DNA of 64,000 nucleotides from positions 1-64,000 of the forward strand of contig CAVWLW010000034.1 of NCBI GenBank assembly GCA_963755715.1, written 5' to 3'. Positions 29,748 to 42,799 of the stretch are shown here, piece after piece. Origin of the DNA: an uncultured delta proteobacterium (lineage in GTDB: Bacteria > Desulfobacterota > Binatia > UBA9968). Position numbers and translations under genes: made by a program. The notes under the pieces were generated by a model that was not told the origin of the DNA, made no database searches, and worked only from the letters and a program-made list of their open reading frames with translations. How positions within the stretch are numbered: position 1 is the stretch's first letter; each line of letters opens with the position of its first letter.

Positions 29748-30731
29748 CTAGATCCCGGCCTTGAGGATGTCGTGCAGGTGGATGATGCCGATGGGTTTGG
29801 CGCTGCCCTGTTCAAGGACAAACAAAGAGGTGATCGGCCGCGGCAAGTTTCCTTCCATCGTCGCCAGCGCTTGGGCGGCCAAGATATCTTTTTCGATCGT
29901 GCGTGGCTTCGCGGTCATGATTTCGTCGGCTCTCTTGTGGAATATTCCGTCGCCGTGGGTTTGCAAGCCGCGGCGTAAATCGCCATCAGTAATAATGCCG
30001 ACTAAGTCGCCCTTCCCGTCCGTCACGCCGGTCACTCCCAGGCGTTTCGAAGTAATCTCAAAAAGAGCTTCCTGCATCGGCGTGTCGTGGCAAACCAGTG
30101 GCAATTGGTCGCCGTGATGCATCAAATCTTCGACCCGCAATAAAAGCTTTCGACCCAAAATACCGCCCGGATGCCTGAGTGCGAAATCCTCTGCCTTAAA
30201 TCCCTTTTCTTCGAGCAAGACCACCGCCAAGGCGTCGCCCATGGCCAACGCGGCCGTCGTGCTCGCGGTCGGCGCCAATCCAAGCGGGCAAGCTTCCTCT
30301 TTCACCGCGACGTTGAGCACCACATCGGCCGCCTTGGCCAGGGTGGAATCGACGTTGCCCGTGATTACGATCAAGCGCAGATTGTTTAATTTAAAATGCG
30401 GCAGCAGCTTTAAAATCTCGTCGGTTTCACCGCTGTTGGAGACCGCCAGGATCGCATCGCCTTTCATAACCATGCCGAGATCGCCGTGCATGCCGTCGCC
30501 GGAATGAAGAAAAAAAGACGGCGTGCCGGTGCTGGCCAAGGTTGCGGCGATTTTGCGGCAGATCAGGCCGGACTTACCCATGCCCGTGACCACCACCTTG
30601 CCGCGACATTCGCGCAGCAATTGCACCGCTTGAATGAAATTGTCATCGAGCCGATCGACTATGGAAATAATACCATCGGCTTCGATGCGCAGCACATCGG
30701 CGGCGCGCTTGAGAATATCCCGGTCTTTCAT
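29748..30731 (-). CDS. kdsD: Arabinose-5-phosphate isomerase (KpsF/GutQ)
   Basis: GMGKSG, HGDLG, APTASTT, HPGG, CBS pair. Confidence 0.95.
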   Translation of the reverse strand: MKDRDILKRAADVLRIEADGIISIVDRLDDNFIQAVQLLRECRGKVVVTGMGKSGLICRKIAATLASTGTPSFFLHSGDGMHGDLGMVMKGDAILAVSNSGETDEILKLLPHFKLNNLRLIVITGNVDSTLAKAADVVLNVAVKEEACPLGLAPTASTTAALAMGDALAVVLLEEKGFKAEDFALRHPGGILGRKLLLRVEDLMHHGDQLPLVCHDTPMQEALFEITSKRLGVTGVTDGKGDLVGIITDGDLRRGLQTHGDGIFHKRADEIMTAKPRTIEKDILAAQALATMEGNLPRPITSLFVLEQGSAKPIGIIHLHDILKAGI

Positions 30732-31564
30732 TGCCGCAAGTTTTCTTTCACCAGGGCGTCGATCTCTTTGACAACCCGCAGCAGGCCCTCGAAATCTTTT
30801 AAGTCAAGCGAGTTCGGTCCGTCGCTCTTCGCGTGATCCGGATCTTCGTGCACTTCCATGAAAAGCGCATCGACGCCCGCTGCGACGCCGGCGCGCGCCA
30901 AGGCCGGAATGTATTTACGCTCGCCGCCGGAAGCGTGACCGAGGCCGCCGGGGAGTTGCAGGCTGTGGGTCGCATCGAAGACCACCGGATAGCCCAACTC
31001 ACGCAGCACCACCAGCGAGCGCATATCCGAAACTAAATTGTTGTAACCAAACGACGCGCCCCGCTCGGTGAGCAGAATCTTGTCATTGCCGGTGGAAGAG
31101 ATTTTCTCGACGATATTGCGCATGTCCCAGGGCGCGAGAAACTGTCCTTTTTTTATGTTGACGACTCTACCGGATTTAGCCACCGCCAGCACAAAATCAG
31201 TCTGGCGACAGAGAAAGGCGGGGATTTGCAACACATCGGCAACTTCCTTGACGGCGCCGACTTGATCGATCTCGTGCACGTCCGTCAGGATCGGCACACC
31301 GATTTTATCCTTGACGGCGGCAAGAATCTCCAGACCTTTTCCCAAGCCGGGACCGCGAAAAGAACCGAGGGACGAGCGGTTCGCTTTGTCATAGGAAGAT
31401 TTAAAAATATAGGCAACGCCAACCCGGTCCGCTTTTTCCTTAAGCGCCGCGGCGTGACGCAGCGCCGACTCCTTGCTTTCGATGACACAGGGGCCGGCGA
31501 TGACGCCGAGCGGCGCTCCGCCGCCGATGCGGAGATTTCCCAACGTGATGATCTTGGCGGTCAT
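30728..31564 (-). CDS. kdsA: KDO 8-phosphate synthase
   Basis: AGPCVIE, KANRSS, PAFLCRQT, KKGQF, DATHS. Confidence 0.97.
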   Translation of the reverse strand: MTAKIITLGNLRIGGGAPLGVIAGPCVIESKESALRHAAALKEKADRVGVAYIFKSSYDKANRSSLGSFRGPGLGKGLEILAAVKDKIGVPILTDVHEIDQVGAVKEVADVLQIPAFLCRQTDFVLAVAKSGRVVNIKKGQFLAPWDMRNIVEKISSTGNDKILLTERGASFGYNNLVSDMRSLVVLRELGYPVVFDATHSLQLPGGLGHASGGERKYIPALARAGVAAGVDALFMEVHEDPDHAKSDGPNSLDLKDFEGLLRVVKEIDALVKENLRQ

Positions 31565-31584
31565 TGACGATGGTTCGTTTCCTA

Positions 31585-34013
<2,429 letters not shown>

Positions 34014-34357
34014 CGGTTGTTTCAATCGGAAGTGCGACGTCGATAATGCGGCTGTTCAGACTCGCGGTGCCGCCAAAAAATAAAAAACCGCAACGGCCTT
34101 TGGGGAAAGCGCATCACGGGATTTCAATATACGTGGAGGTGTAATTTGTGTCAATGAGATTTTGCCGCCGAGCCAAGATAGCTCATCGACACCTGCGTTT
34201 TTTTCAAGTGAATGCAAAGGATTCTGCGTCAAGCAGTGTGAATTGGCCGCATCAGAATCCGGCGCTGGTCGGTCGATGCTTCTGATAGTTTACTGACCGC
34301 CGTGATGAATGCGAGGCGATGCCTCGTTAATCCCTCTAGCGGCTCCGTCAGAGCGAT

Positions 34358-37300
34358 TTAAGAAGGCCGGAGCGACCAATCCGATACACCTTCGTCGCGC
34401 GTCTCTTCAGCCGCCATAACCACGCAGTTGCGACCCAATTCTTTGGCTTGATAGAGCGCCCGGTCCGCCGTGTGCAACAAATCATGATTGGTCCTGCCAT
34501 GGACCGGAAAGTAAGCGATTCCGATCGATACCGTGACGTGACCGATCGCTTGGCCGTCCTCATGCACGTCTATGCGCTCAAGATCGTCTTTTAGTTGAAT
34601 CAAGCGTTGATGCGCGGTGTCAAGGGCGATCTCAGGTAAAATGATGACAAATTCTTCGCCGCCATAGCGGCAAACGATGTCGCTGCCGCGAAATTTTGAC
34701 TTCAAAAGATTGCTCCATTCTCGCAGCACCGCATCGCCGGCGGAATGACCAAAGCGGTCGTTGAGATTTTTGAAATGGTCAAGATCCAACATCGCCACTA
34801 CCAGGGGTTTGCCCGAGCGTTCGGCCCGATTCAATTCACGATCGAGCGAATCTTCCATGTAACGCCGGTTAAACAAGCCGGTCTGTGGGTCGCGGATGCT
34901 TTGATTTCTGAGAGTTTCTCTTAACCGCAAATTGGCCAGAATCAAAGATAGTTGTTCCGTCACCGCCTTCGCTGAGCTGGCAATAATATTCCTGACGCCT
35001 TCGTTCTCATTGTCGTGACGGACGTGGAGTAAAGCCATGATTTCGCCATGAGCGACCATCGGCAAGCACAAACAAGCTTTCATCGGACCTGTGCTTTCCT
35101 CGACATGTTTGCAAATTAACCCACCCGCGTCCGATTCCATGCCGTGCGGCTTATTGCGGCGCAAGGCCCAGCAGTCTTCCGGATCGACGGTCTTTTCGAA
35201 ATCGTAAATCGGGTCGCCCCAGCGTCCGACGGACTCAAGAAAATTGCGCGACGCGGTCATCATATAAAGAGTCCCGCTGGTGTTTTGCAAAAGCAGCGGA
35301 AGGCGTCGACTGATAATTTCGTAGGCCTCTTCCAAACTGCGGCACGACTCCAGCAGCTCGACCATTTCGCTGACCAGTCTCATCTCTTGATTGCGCCGTT
35401 CCAACTCGAGCACCGAACGCTGCAGTTCGTCGTGGGCGTTTTGCAATTCGCTCTCGACCAACCGGCGATGGGAGTTTTCCGTCTGGAGCTCTTTGGTTCG
35501 TTCGGCGACGCGCTGCTCCAAAGTGGCGTTCAACGCCTGGATTTGCTCGGTGCGCTGCTTCACGCGGCGTTCGAGCGTAACGTTGAGCGCGCGGATTTCT
35601 TCTTCGACCAATTTGCGCTCGGTGATATCCACAACCGAAGCCAACACCTGAATGCCGTCCGATGAACCGATCGGATTCAAGCCGATTTCAACTGGAAATT
35701 CGCTGCCGTCCTGCTTCAACGCGAATAGGTCCTGGCCGCGGCCCACGGTGCACGCCTTGGGATTTTTGAAAAACTCGGCGCGAAACTGCTGTTGGGAACC
35801 GCGAAACCGGTGCGGGAGCAACATTTCAACCGAGCGGCCAAGCACATCCTCGCGACGATAACCGAAGAGTTGCTCGATCTGAGTGTTGACGAGGGTGATC
35901 ACGCCCTCTGGATCGACCATCAGCATGCCGTTTGGCGCCGACTCGACGACCAAACGCATTTGCTCCTCGGCCGCCTTCTGTTCGCTGATATCGACATACA
36001 TTGCCCGGGTGCCGATCACCTTGCCTTCGTCGTTCGTGATTGGATAACCTCGCACCAAGGCTGGGATGAAACGTCCATCCTGGGTAACCAGTTCTCGTCC
36101 ACCCGAAATGATTTTTCCAGCCATCACGTCGCGGTACCCGTTGGCGCCCAACAAGCGTAGTCGCGACTCGGGAGAGTGAAACTCGGCAAGCGAATGACCG
36201 ATGACGTTTTTGCGCTCAAACTTGAGCGTGACCAGGAACAACTCGTTACAGTCGGTGATTATCGGCGTGCCTTTTTCATCGCGGGTGGTAACATACATCG
36301 CGGGCGCGGAATCAAAAAGCTCCCGATAATGTCTTTCGGCATTTTGCATGAGCGCCAAGGCGCGATCGCGCATTCTCAAATAAACGATTAGCGCGGCCGT
36401 GATCAAGCCACCGATCAACATGATCCCGACGACGTTCCACAGGCTCTCCGTAGAGGAAACCGTGGAACTGGGCCGCACGACAAACAGCAATTGGCGCCCG
36501 CCGAGCTCGGTTTGCGACGCTTGATTGGAGGACGTTTGCAACTGCGCCAGTTTGTCGGCGCTTACCGCCGGTAAAGATTCGTTCGCCGGGACCGGCCAAG
36601 CCACCGAAGACGCCAGGAACAACGGCTCATCTTCATCCGTCACATCAAAGAGATAGACTTCTCGTTGTCCCTGCGAGCCACCGTCTACAGAGCTTGCGAG
36701 AAAAGCAGCGAGCGGAATTTCGCTACGAATATAACCGAGGAGATGCTCGCGGCGCGCTGCCAAAGAGCTGCTCTCCATCTGATTTTGATAGACCGGGTTG
36801 TAAAGAAAAAGTTGCGGCGCCTGATTTTTTTTGGGCGGCCATGGGCCGGAGAGCGTGGCGGTGAGGCGACCGCTGTCGCGGATGGAATTCAGCACCGCCA
36901 AAACGTCCGGAATCGAACCGAGATCGAATCCCGAATCACCTTCGGCTTCGCCCCGAGGCTCGGTGTAGAGAATAGGATAATACTCCGGCCGCTTTTCCGC
37001 CGTGAGCCGCTGGCCGAGCGCGGTCCGCTCAAAAATCGCAAATTCCGGCATGCCATCGCGCCGCGCCACCTCTTCGAAGGACTTGCGCTCGTCGAGCTTG
37101 ATTCGCGGTATCCATTGAAGCGCCAGCCGCAACTTGTCGTCCTCACCGATGCGCAGGACAAATTTGCGAAAATCGTTATGGCGGACATTTTCCGCGGCGA
37201 CTAAAAGTCCTTCGACCGCCTGCATTTGCATGGCCGCCCGCTCGATGCTGCGCTCGAATTGACGCGCTACCTGTTGTGTGTCCTGGCGCAACCGCTCCGC

Positions 37301-37984
37301 CGTCGCGAGAGTTTTGTTTTGCCAGACGATATAAGAAACGACCAGCGACAGACCCAGCCAAACGGTGGTCAGCGGAAAAACAATCGGCTCGAAGACGTTG
37401 CGCTGACGCCATGTCAAGATAATCACCATCAGAAGCGGCGTGAGCGTCAGGATGCCGGCGTAGTCGCTCACCCACCATATCGCCCAAATCGGCACCGAGT
37501 CTTTCCAGCTGATAAAGCCGCCATACTTGAGGCTCACCACGGCAACCGACGGCGAGAGAATAGAGGCGAGCGCCGTGAGCGCGATGAAAAAAATAATATC
37601 ACGACCCGTGCTCGGGGTTCGGCGCCCACCATCGGCTTGATGGTGAACGGAAAGATACGGCACGTATTTCCGAATCAGCAGCGTCGCCGCTAACATTTCC
37701 AGAGTACAACCGCTCGCCAGCGCCGCCGCCGTAAGCGGCGCAGCCGGACCGAACAATAGAGTATAATTGACGATCAACGAGCCCAGCCACACACCCACGC
37801 CGGCGCGGTAGCCAATGACTAAACCCGCTGCAAGAGCGATCGCCGCAGGCGACCATAATGGCGTACCGCCGCCCTCGGGAAGCGAGATATGCGGCGTAAT
37901 CTGGCCGCTAAGAGCGTAGAGGCCGGCGATTACGAACGCCTCCGCGATGACTCTTAAGGGCAGTCTATTAAAAAAGTTTTTCAT
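34358..37984 (-). CDS. Membrane-bound diguanylate cyclase (MASE1-CHASE-PAS-PAS-GAF-GGDEF)
   Basis: N-terminal TM bundle, CHASE-like YYPILYTEP..GFDL, two PAS (DISEQK, DITERK), DCWALRR GAF, RYGGEEF with RGSD I-site. Confidence 0.9.
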   Translation of the reverse strand: MKNFFNRLPLRVIAEAFVIAGLYALSGQITPHISLPEGGGTPLWSPAAIALAAGLVIGYRAGVGVWLGSLIVNYTLLFGPAAPLTAAALASGCTLEMLAATLLIRKYVPYLSVHHQADGGRRTPSTGRDIIFFIALTALASILSPSVAVVSLKYGGFISWKDSVPIWAIWWVSDYAGILTLTPLLMVIILTWRQRNVFEPIVFPLTTVWLGLSLVVSYIVWQNKTLATAERLRQDTQQVARQFERSIERAAMQMQAVEGLLVAAENVRHNDFRKFVLRIGEDDKLRLALQWIPRIKLDERKSFEEVARRDGMPEFAIFERTALGQRLTAEKRPEYYPILYTEPRGEAEGDSGFDLGSIPDVLAVLNSIRDSGRLTATLSGPWPPKKNQAPQLFLYNPVYQNQMESSSLAARREHLLGYIRSEIPLAAFLASSVDGGSQGQREVYLFDVTDEDEPLFLASSVAWPVPANESLPAVSADKLAQLQTSSNQASQTELGGRQLLFVVRPSSTVSSTESLWNVVGIMLIGGLITAALIVYLRMRDRALALMQNAERHYRELFDSAPAMYVTTRDEKGTPIITDCNELFLVTLKFERKNVIGHSLAEFHSPESRLRLLGANGYRDVMAGKIISGGRELVTQDGRFIPALVRGYPITNDEGKVIGTRAMYVDISEQKAAEEQMRLVVESAPNGMLMVDPEGVITLVNTQIEQLFGYRREDVLGRSVEMLLPHRFRGSQQQFRAEFFKNPKACTVGRGQDLFALKQDGSEFPVEIGLNPIGSSDGIQVLASVVDITERKLVEEEIRALNVTLERRVKQRTEQIQALNATLEQRVAERTKELQTENSHRRLVESELQNAHDELQRSVLELERRNQEMRLVSEMVELLESCRSLEEAYEIISRRLPLLLQNTSGTLYMMTASRNFLESVGRWGDPIYDFEKTVDPEDCWALRRNKPHGMESDAGGLICKHVEESTGPMKACLCLPMVAHGEIMALLHVRHDNENEGVRNIIASSAKAVTEQLSLILANLRLRETLRNQSIRDPQTGLFNRRYMEDSLDRELNRAERSGKPLVVAMLDLDHFKNLNDRFGHSAGDAVLREWSNLLKSKFRGSDIVCRYGGEEFVIILPEIALDTAHQRLIQLKDDLERIDVHEDGQAIGHVTVSIGIAYFPVHGRTNHDLLHTADRALYQAKELGRNCVVMAAEETRDEGVSDWSLRPS

Positions 37985-38649
37985 TCCGTTCAAAAATTGG
38001 CGAACTTGTCCTATCTTTTACCCGAAGCGTCCACAGATACAGGTTTTTGTCGAGATCGAAAATTGGCAGCGACAATTGAAAATGTGGAGAAAGATATTGA
38101 GCGCGCTTACAACCATATCTTAGCGCCCTTTGGGGGTTGGTGTACTCAGAAAAATCTTAGCGCCACGCGAGAATTATGATCAATTATCTGCTCAATTTGA
38201 AACTTGTCAACGGAGGCGGAAAGTTCTCAGTTAATCTACAGGTCGCTGGGCGCCCAATAACGGAGAAAAGTGTGTCAATACGTCAACAATTCGCAAATTC
38301 GGTGCACAAAATTTTCGTCTTCGCGAGCGCAGCCAAAGCAGCGTCACATTGTCGGGTGGGAGCGCCAGCAAAAAGCCGATTTTCACCGTGATGCAGTAAA
38401 GTCAGGCAACTTGTAGCCGTCTTGATGACCGGGCTAGTGATGACATCGAAGTCTTTATCATGGCGCGTTAAGCGCACCGTTGTGGGATTTCATTTGGGAG
38501 CTGGGATGACTCTTGATGTCTCTTTGGAATAGTCTGTCGAAACTCTTGACTCCTGACCGCCGTCACGTGTTAGGAGGTACTCTAGATGATCGACGGACAG
38601 TCGGCAGCGCAACAACTAAACTCGATAGAGATTGTTTTGGAGAATCACG

Positions 38650-39576
38650 ATGACAGCAACAACACCGCTCGCCGCCGGCTTTGCCACCATTGGGCAAGGA
38701 GCGGGGCCGATGATGGTGACTTGGAAAGCCGGGCTCTTTGCCAAGCACGGTTTGGACATCACGCGTCCGCGCCTCATGGGCAGCGCCAAGGGCGTCGTGC
38801 GCGGGCTGATGGCGGGCGAGATCCAGTTCGGCAATCTGGCCGCACCGGCGCCGCTCAGGGCAGATCTCAAGGGCGAGGCGGATGTCGTGTTTTTGACCGG
38901 TGGAATCAACCAGCAATTCGTCATCGGTCGTCCCGGTTTAAATAGCCGTATGGAACTAGCGGGAAAAAAAATCGGCACGGTTGCCGACGGCGGCATCGGC
39001 GATGCACTGGTGAAGTTCGTCATCGCAAAATTGTCCGCAGCTGGAATTAAGGGACTACGCGAAGAACCGATACCACATGGCGCTGCAGCCGAACTCGAAG
39101 CCCTGCTCAACGGCACAGTCGACGCCGTCGTCGGCACGCCGCCGGAGTGCATCGACGCGATCCGGCATGGCTGCAAATATCTGATCGATTTCGCCGAGTA
39201 CGGCCTCAACTACGCGCTCGGCGGCATCGCCGCGCGGCGCGATTATATCGAAAACAATCCCGAGATCACGCGCAAATTCGTGACAGCCTACGTAGAGGGC
39301 ATGCACCGCTACCGCACCGACCGTGAGTTCACCATCGACGTCCAGGCCGATTATAGCGGCATTGCCGACCGAACGATCGCGGCGGAAACCTATGATCTCA
39401 CCCAACCGGGCATGCCGCGCGCGCCTTATCCCGTGGTCGCTTCACTGCAAACTCTGCTCGATTTCATGGCCAACGAGTTGCCGGAGGCGAAGGGTGTCGA
39501 CGCGCAAAGATTTGTCGACGATCGCTTTATCCGCGAGCTCGAAGACAATGGCTTTATCGATTCGTTGACAAGATAG
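38650..39576 (+). CDS. ABC substrate-binding protein (NMT1/SsuA-like), no obvious signal peptide
   Basis: GLFAKHGLD, LAGKKIG, AL.NGTVDA, FVDDRFIREL pattern. Confidence 0.78.
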   Translation: MTATTPLAAGFATIGQGAGPMMVTWKAGLFAKHGLDITRPRLMGSAKGVVRGLMAGEIQFGNLAAPAPLRADLKGEADVVFLTGGINQQFVIGRPGLNSRMELAGKKIGTVADGGIGDALVKFVIAKLSAAGIKGLREEPIPHGAAAELEALLNGTVDAVVGTPPECIDAIRHGCKYLIDFAEYGLNYALGGIAARRDYIENNPEITRKFVTAYVEGMHRYRTDREFTIDVQADYSGIADRTIAAETYDLTQPGMPRAPYPVVASLQTLLDFMANELPEAKGVDAQRFVDDRFIRELEDNGFIDSLTR

Positions 39577-39590
39577 AGGCGCTTTAGCGC

Positions 39591-40607
39591 ATGACTGGAC
39601 GAAAGACTCGACTGCATTTTTGGCTTGCCGTTGTGTTCTTTGCTGCCGCTCCACCGGCTCCCATTATGGCCGCCAGCCAGGACGGCCTGCTCGAAGCCGC
39701 CAGACGCGAAGGCGAGCTGGTTTATTATGCGTCGATGAATGTCGCCGAAGCCAACGCCGTGATCGGCGCCTTTGAAAAGCGCTATCCGTTTATCAAAGTT
39801 AAGCTCAACCGCATCGGCAGTGAGAAACTTTTGACGCGTGTTTTGACAGAGGCGCGCGCCAAGAAAATTTTCGCGGACGTCATTCAGACCGTGGAATTCA
39901 GCATGCACATTTTCAGTCGCAGCGGGATACTGGCTCGCTACACGCCGCAAGCCAATTCGATTTATCCCAAGGAATTTAAAGAGGAGGGATTTTGGACGAC
40001 GGTTTACTACAACGCCTACGTGACCGCCTACAACACCCGACTCGTGACGGCGCGCGCCCTGCCGAAATCTTACGACGACCTGCTCGATCCCAAGTGGAAA
40101 GGCGCATTAATGATGGAGGGAACCAAGGCGGATTGGTTCGCCGGCATGCTGCAGATCATGGGCCAGGAGCGCGGCCTAAAATACATGCGCGCGCTTGCCA
40201 AGCAGCAACCGAGCCCGCGCGAGGGTCATGAATTGTTGGCGCAGCTGATTGTCGCCGGGGAAGGCCTTTTCGATATCAATATTCCCGCGGCGTCGGTGGA
40301 GCGAATGAAAGAGCGCGGCGCGCCCATCGAGTGGACGGCTTTAGGCGAAGTGCCGGCGATCATGGTCGGCATCGGTTTGTCGGCCCAGGCGCCTCATGCG
40401 AACGCGGCGAAAGTGTTTTTGGATTTCGTGCTTTCGCGCGAAGGTCAAAAGCTGATGCAAACTCCCGGACGCCTCATCGCCCGCGGCGATCTGGCCAATG
40501 AGCAAGCCGCCATGCTCAAAGGACTGAAGATTGTTCCGGTCGACCCCGCGCTGGCGGAAAAGTTAGACGAATATGCCAAACAGCTGCGCTCGATCTTTGG
40601 TGGATAA
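39591..40607 (+). CDS. Extracellular solute-binding protein (Fe/thiamine-type family)
   Basis: Signal peptide; AARREGELVYY, AYNT, YDDLLDPKWKG, APHANAAKVFLDF.LSREGQ. Confidence 0.85.
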   Translation: MTGRKTRLHFWLAVVFFAAAPPAPIMAASQDGLLEAARREGELVYYASMNVAEANAVIGAFEKRYPFIKVKLNRIGSEKLLTRVLTEARAKKIFADVIQTVEFSMHIFSRSGILARYTPQANSIYPKEFKEEGFWTTVYYNAYVTAYNTRLVTARALPKSYDDLLDPKWKGALMMEGTKADWFAGMLQIMGQERGLKYMRALAKQQPSPREGHELLAQLIVAGEGLFDINIPAASVERMKERGAPIEWTALGEVPAIMVGIGLSAQAPHANAAKVFLDFVLSREGQKLMQTPGRLIARGDLANEQAAMLKGLKIVPVDPALAEKLDEYAKQLRSIFGG

Positions 40608-40663
40608 CAGTGAAATCTTAGCATAGGTCCCATTTATTCTACTCTCAGTTAAGGAGCTAAACC

Positions 40664-41437
40664 ATGCGCTTTATGTTCTTGAATCACTCCTATAAACGCC
40701 ATTCGCCGGAGCTCGAGAGTCATATTGCCCAACTGCTCAAGAGCTACGCTTCGCCGGACACCTCTTTCGAGCTAGCTTATCCGGAAGATCTCGGCGGCGG
40801 CGAAGTCTTAAGCCTGCTCGAAGAGCGCAAAGCGCTCTCCGGATTGCATCACATTCTCGAAACCCCGGCGCTGGTCAAAAAAGCGATCGAAGCGGAGCAG
40901 CGCGGTTTCGATGCGGTGATTCAGAGCAACACCTTCGACCCCGGCGTGGAAGCGAGCCGCTTGGCCGTGCGCATGCCGGTAATCGGCCTTTTGCGCGCTT
41001 CGCTGCACTTTACCGCGAGTATTTGTGACCGTTTCGGCCTGATCGTACCGCTGGAAACCCATATGCCGCACACCATGAGACTCGTGCAAAGCTATGGTAT
41101 GAAGTCCTTCGTCAGCGGCATTCGCACCGTCGCTCTGTACGACACCGGTGATCTTTCCGGCTATCATGATGTCGTCGTCGAGCGTACGCTCGCGGTCGGC
41201 AAAGAACTGGTCGAGCAGGGCGCCGAGGCGATTATTCCGCTGGGCGGAAAAATTTATCCTTATGTCGTCACTCCCGAAGAGCTGGAGCCCCAGCTGGGCG
41301 TGCCGGTAATCAACACCAAAGCGGTCGGCGTGAGTTATGCCGAGCTCATGGCGCGCAATAAAATCAAGCACAGCCTAAAGGCTTATCCTTGTCCTACGGG
41401 ACTGAACCCCGAAGCAGTGTCGCAGCGCGCGAAATGA
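40664..41437 (+). CDS. Asp/Glu/hydantoin racemase-family protein lacking catalytic cysteines
   Basis: AEQRGFDAVI..DPGVEASR..MPVIG, GAEAII, LGVPVIN fold motifs. Confidence 0.75.
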   Translation: MRFMFLNHSYKRHSPELESHIAQLLKSYASPDTSFELAYPEDLGGGEVLSLLEERKALSGLHHILETPALVKKAIEAEQRGFDAVIQSNTFDPGVEASRLAVRMPVIGLLRASLHFTASICDRFGLIVPLETHMPHTMRLVQSYGMKSFVSGIRTVALYDTGDLSGYHDVVVERTLAVGKELVEQGAEAIIPLGGKIYPYVVTPEELEPQLGVPVINTKAVGVSYAELMARNKIKHSLKAYPCPTGLNPEAVSQRAK

Positions 41438-41550
41438 ATTGTGCACCGGCGCCTACGGTTGAAAATCGCGACAAAAATGGAAAAGGTAGAGACTGATTGA
41501 ATCCGGCATTGACTGTTAGCGAATGATGATTTTGCAGAAAGGTTTGAGCT

Positions 41551-42644
41551 ATGATTATCGACGGTGACGGTCATTTTTTTGAGACCGAAGAAATATTCGA
41601 GAAATACATGGAGCCAGGTCTGCGCAACTATCGGCCCCGACTCCTCGGCGATGAACAAGGACATAATTTTTGGGTCATCGACGGTCAGACTTCCTATAAA
41701 AGACCGACGATCAAGGGTGCCGGCGCGCCGGGAACCGCCGCCCCTCCGGGGAAAGCGTTGCAGTCGGCGCGGCGCGCTTCTCCAGGCAGTCAGACGCTGA
41801 CCAATCTCAAAGAGCGTTTGGACGACCTCGACCGGAAGCCATCGACGTGCAGTTTATCTATCCGAGCTTTCTTCTGCACGCCAACGCCTGGCCTGACGGC
41901 GTATTAGCCAACGCCGTTTGCCGCGCCTACAACACCTGGCTGAACGAAACTTGCAATCAAGCTTCGAACCGACTTAAGGGCGTCGGCGTCGTATCATTGC
42001 TGGATCCTGAAGGTGCAGCCAAAGAAATCACCCGCCTACACGACATGGGCGTGAGGGCAGTAATGATCAACGGCACGGCGGGCGCCCGGCGCCTCGATCA
42101 TCCCGCGCACGAGGCGTTCTTCGCCGAAGCGGATCGGGTAAAGATGCCGATCGCCGTGCACTTCAGTCTGCAGTTCCCCTTTGTCGATACCTTGTTCGAA
42201 CACCACTTTCCCAATCGCGTCCTGGCGGGCATCTTTCCGATCATGGCTGGGCTCACGAGCGTGCTTTGCTCAGGCCTTTTGGATCGATATAAGAATTTGA
42301 AATTTGCCTTTCTCGAGGGCGGTATCAGTTGGGTTCCCGCGCATGTCGAGCGCATGGACGACCACTTTGACAATCCGCGCTATGGCGCCAGGGATCTGAT
42401 CAGCCATCCGCCCAGTGACTATCTTAAAACCGGCCGGGTATTTTTCGGCTGCGAAGGCAACGAACCGCCCCTCGGCAAGATCGTCGAAGAAGTCGGCGAA
42501 GACCTTTTCATGTTTTCGTCCGACTACCCGCACGCCGACCGCACGGAAGGAACCGCAAGAGTTTTGCGCGATCGCGATGACATCCCCGCTCACGTCCGAA
42601 AAAAACTGCTGGACGAGAACGCGCGTCGATTTTACGGGCTCTAG
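41551..42644 (+). CDS. Amidohydrolase_2 family metalloenzyme (one -1 frameshift near 41833)
   Basis: IIDGDGH, AYNTWL, LEGGISW, FSSDYPH; frames join at DLDR(E)AIDVQFIYPS. Confidence 0.85.
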
Positions 42645-42671
42645 TCGACCGCTTCAACGAGATGGGAATCA

Positions 42672-42706
42672 TTGAGCTATGCCGCAGCCGTGACGGCATA
42701 GCTCAA
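42672..42706. repeat. 13-bp perfect inverted repeat (hairpin) after amidohydrolase
   Basis: TTGAGCTATGCCG-N9-CGGCATAGCTCAA, no T-tail. Confidence 0.6.
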
Positions 42707-42799
42707 ACCGAATTTCATTGCCTTGTGTTTCGGGAATTTCCGTGGTCATTTGAATTAAATTTCGATCTCAACGTCTAAACTGCGAAAGGAGGTGATACG

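Noticed and set aside
34026-34357. Possible ncRNA or riboswitch upstream of kdsB
   Set aside because: No recognisable conserved motif or convincing structure by eye; would need an Infernal search
37997-38477. Short ORFs in the intergenic region upstream of the diguanylate cyclase
   Set aside because: No RBS, motifs or typical codon usage
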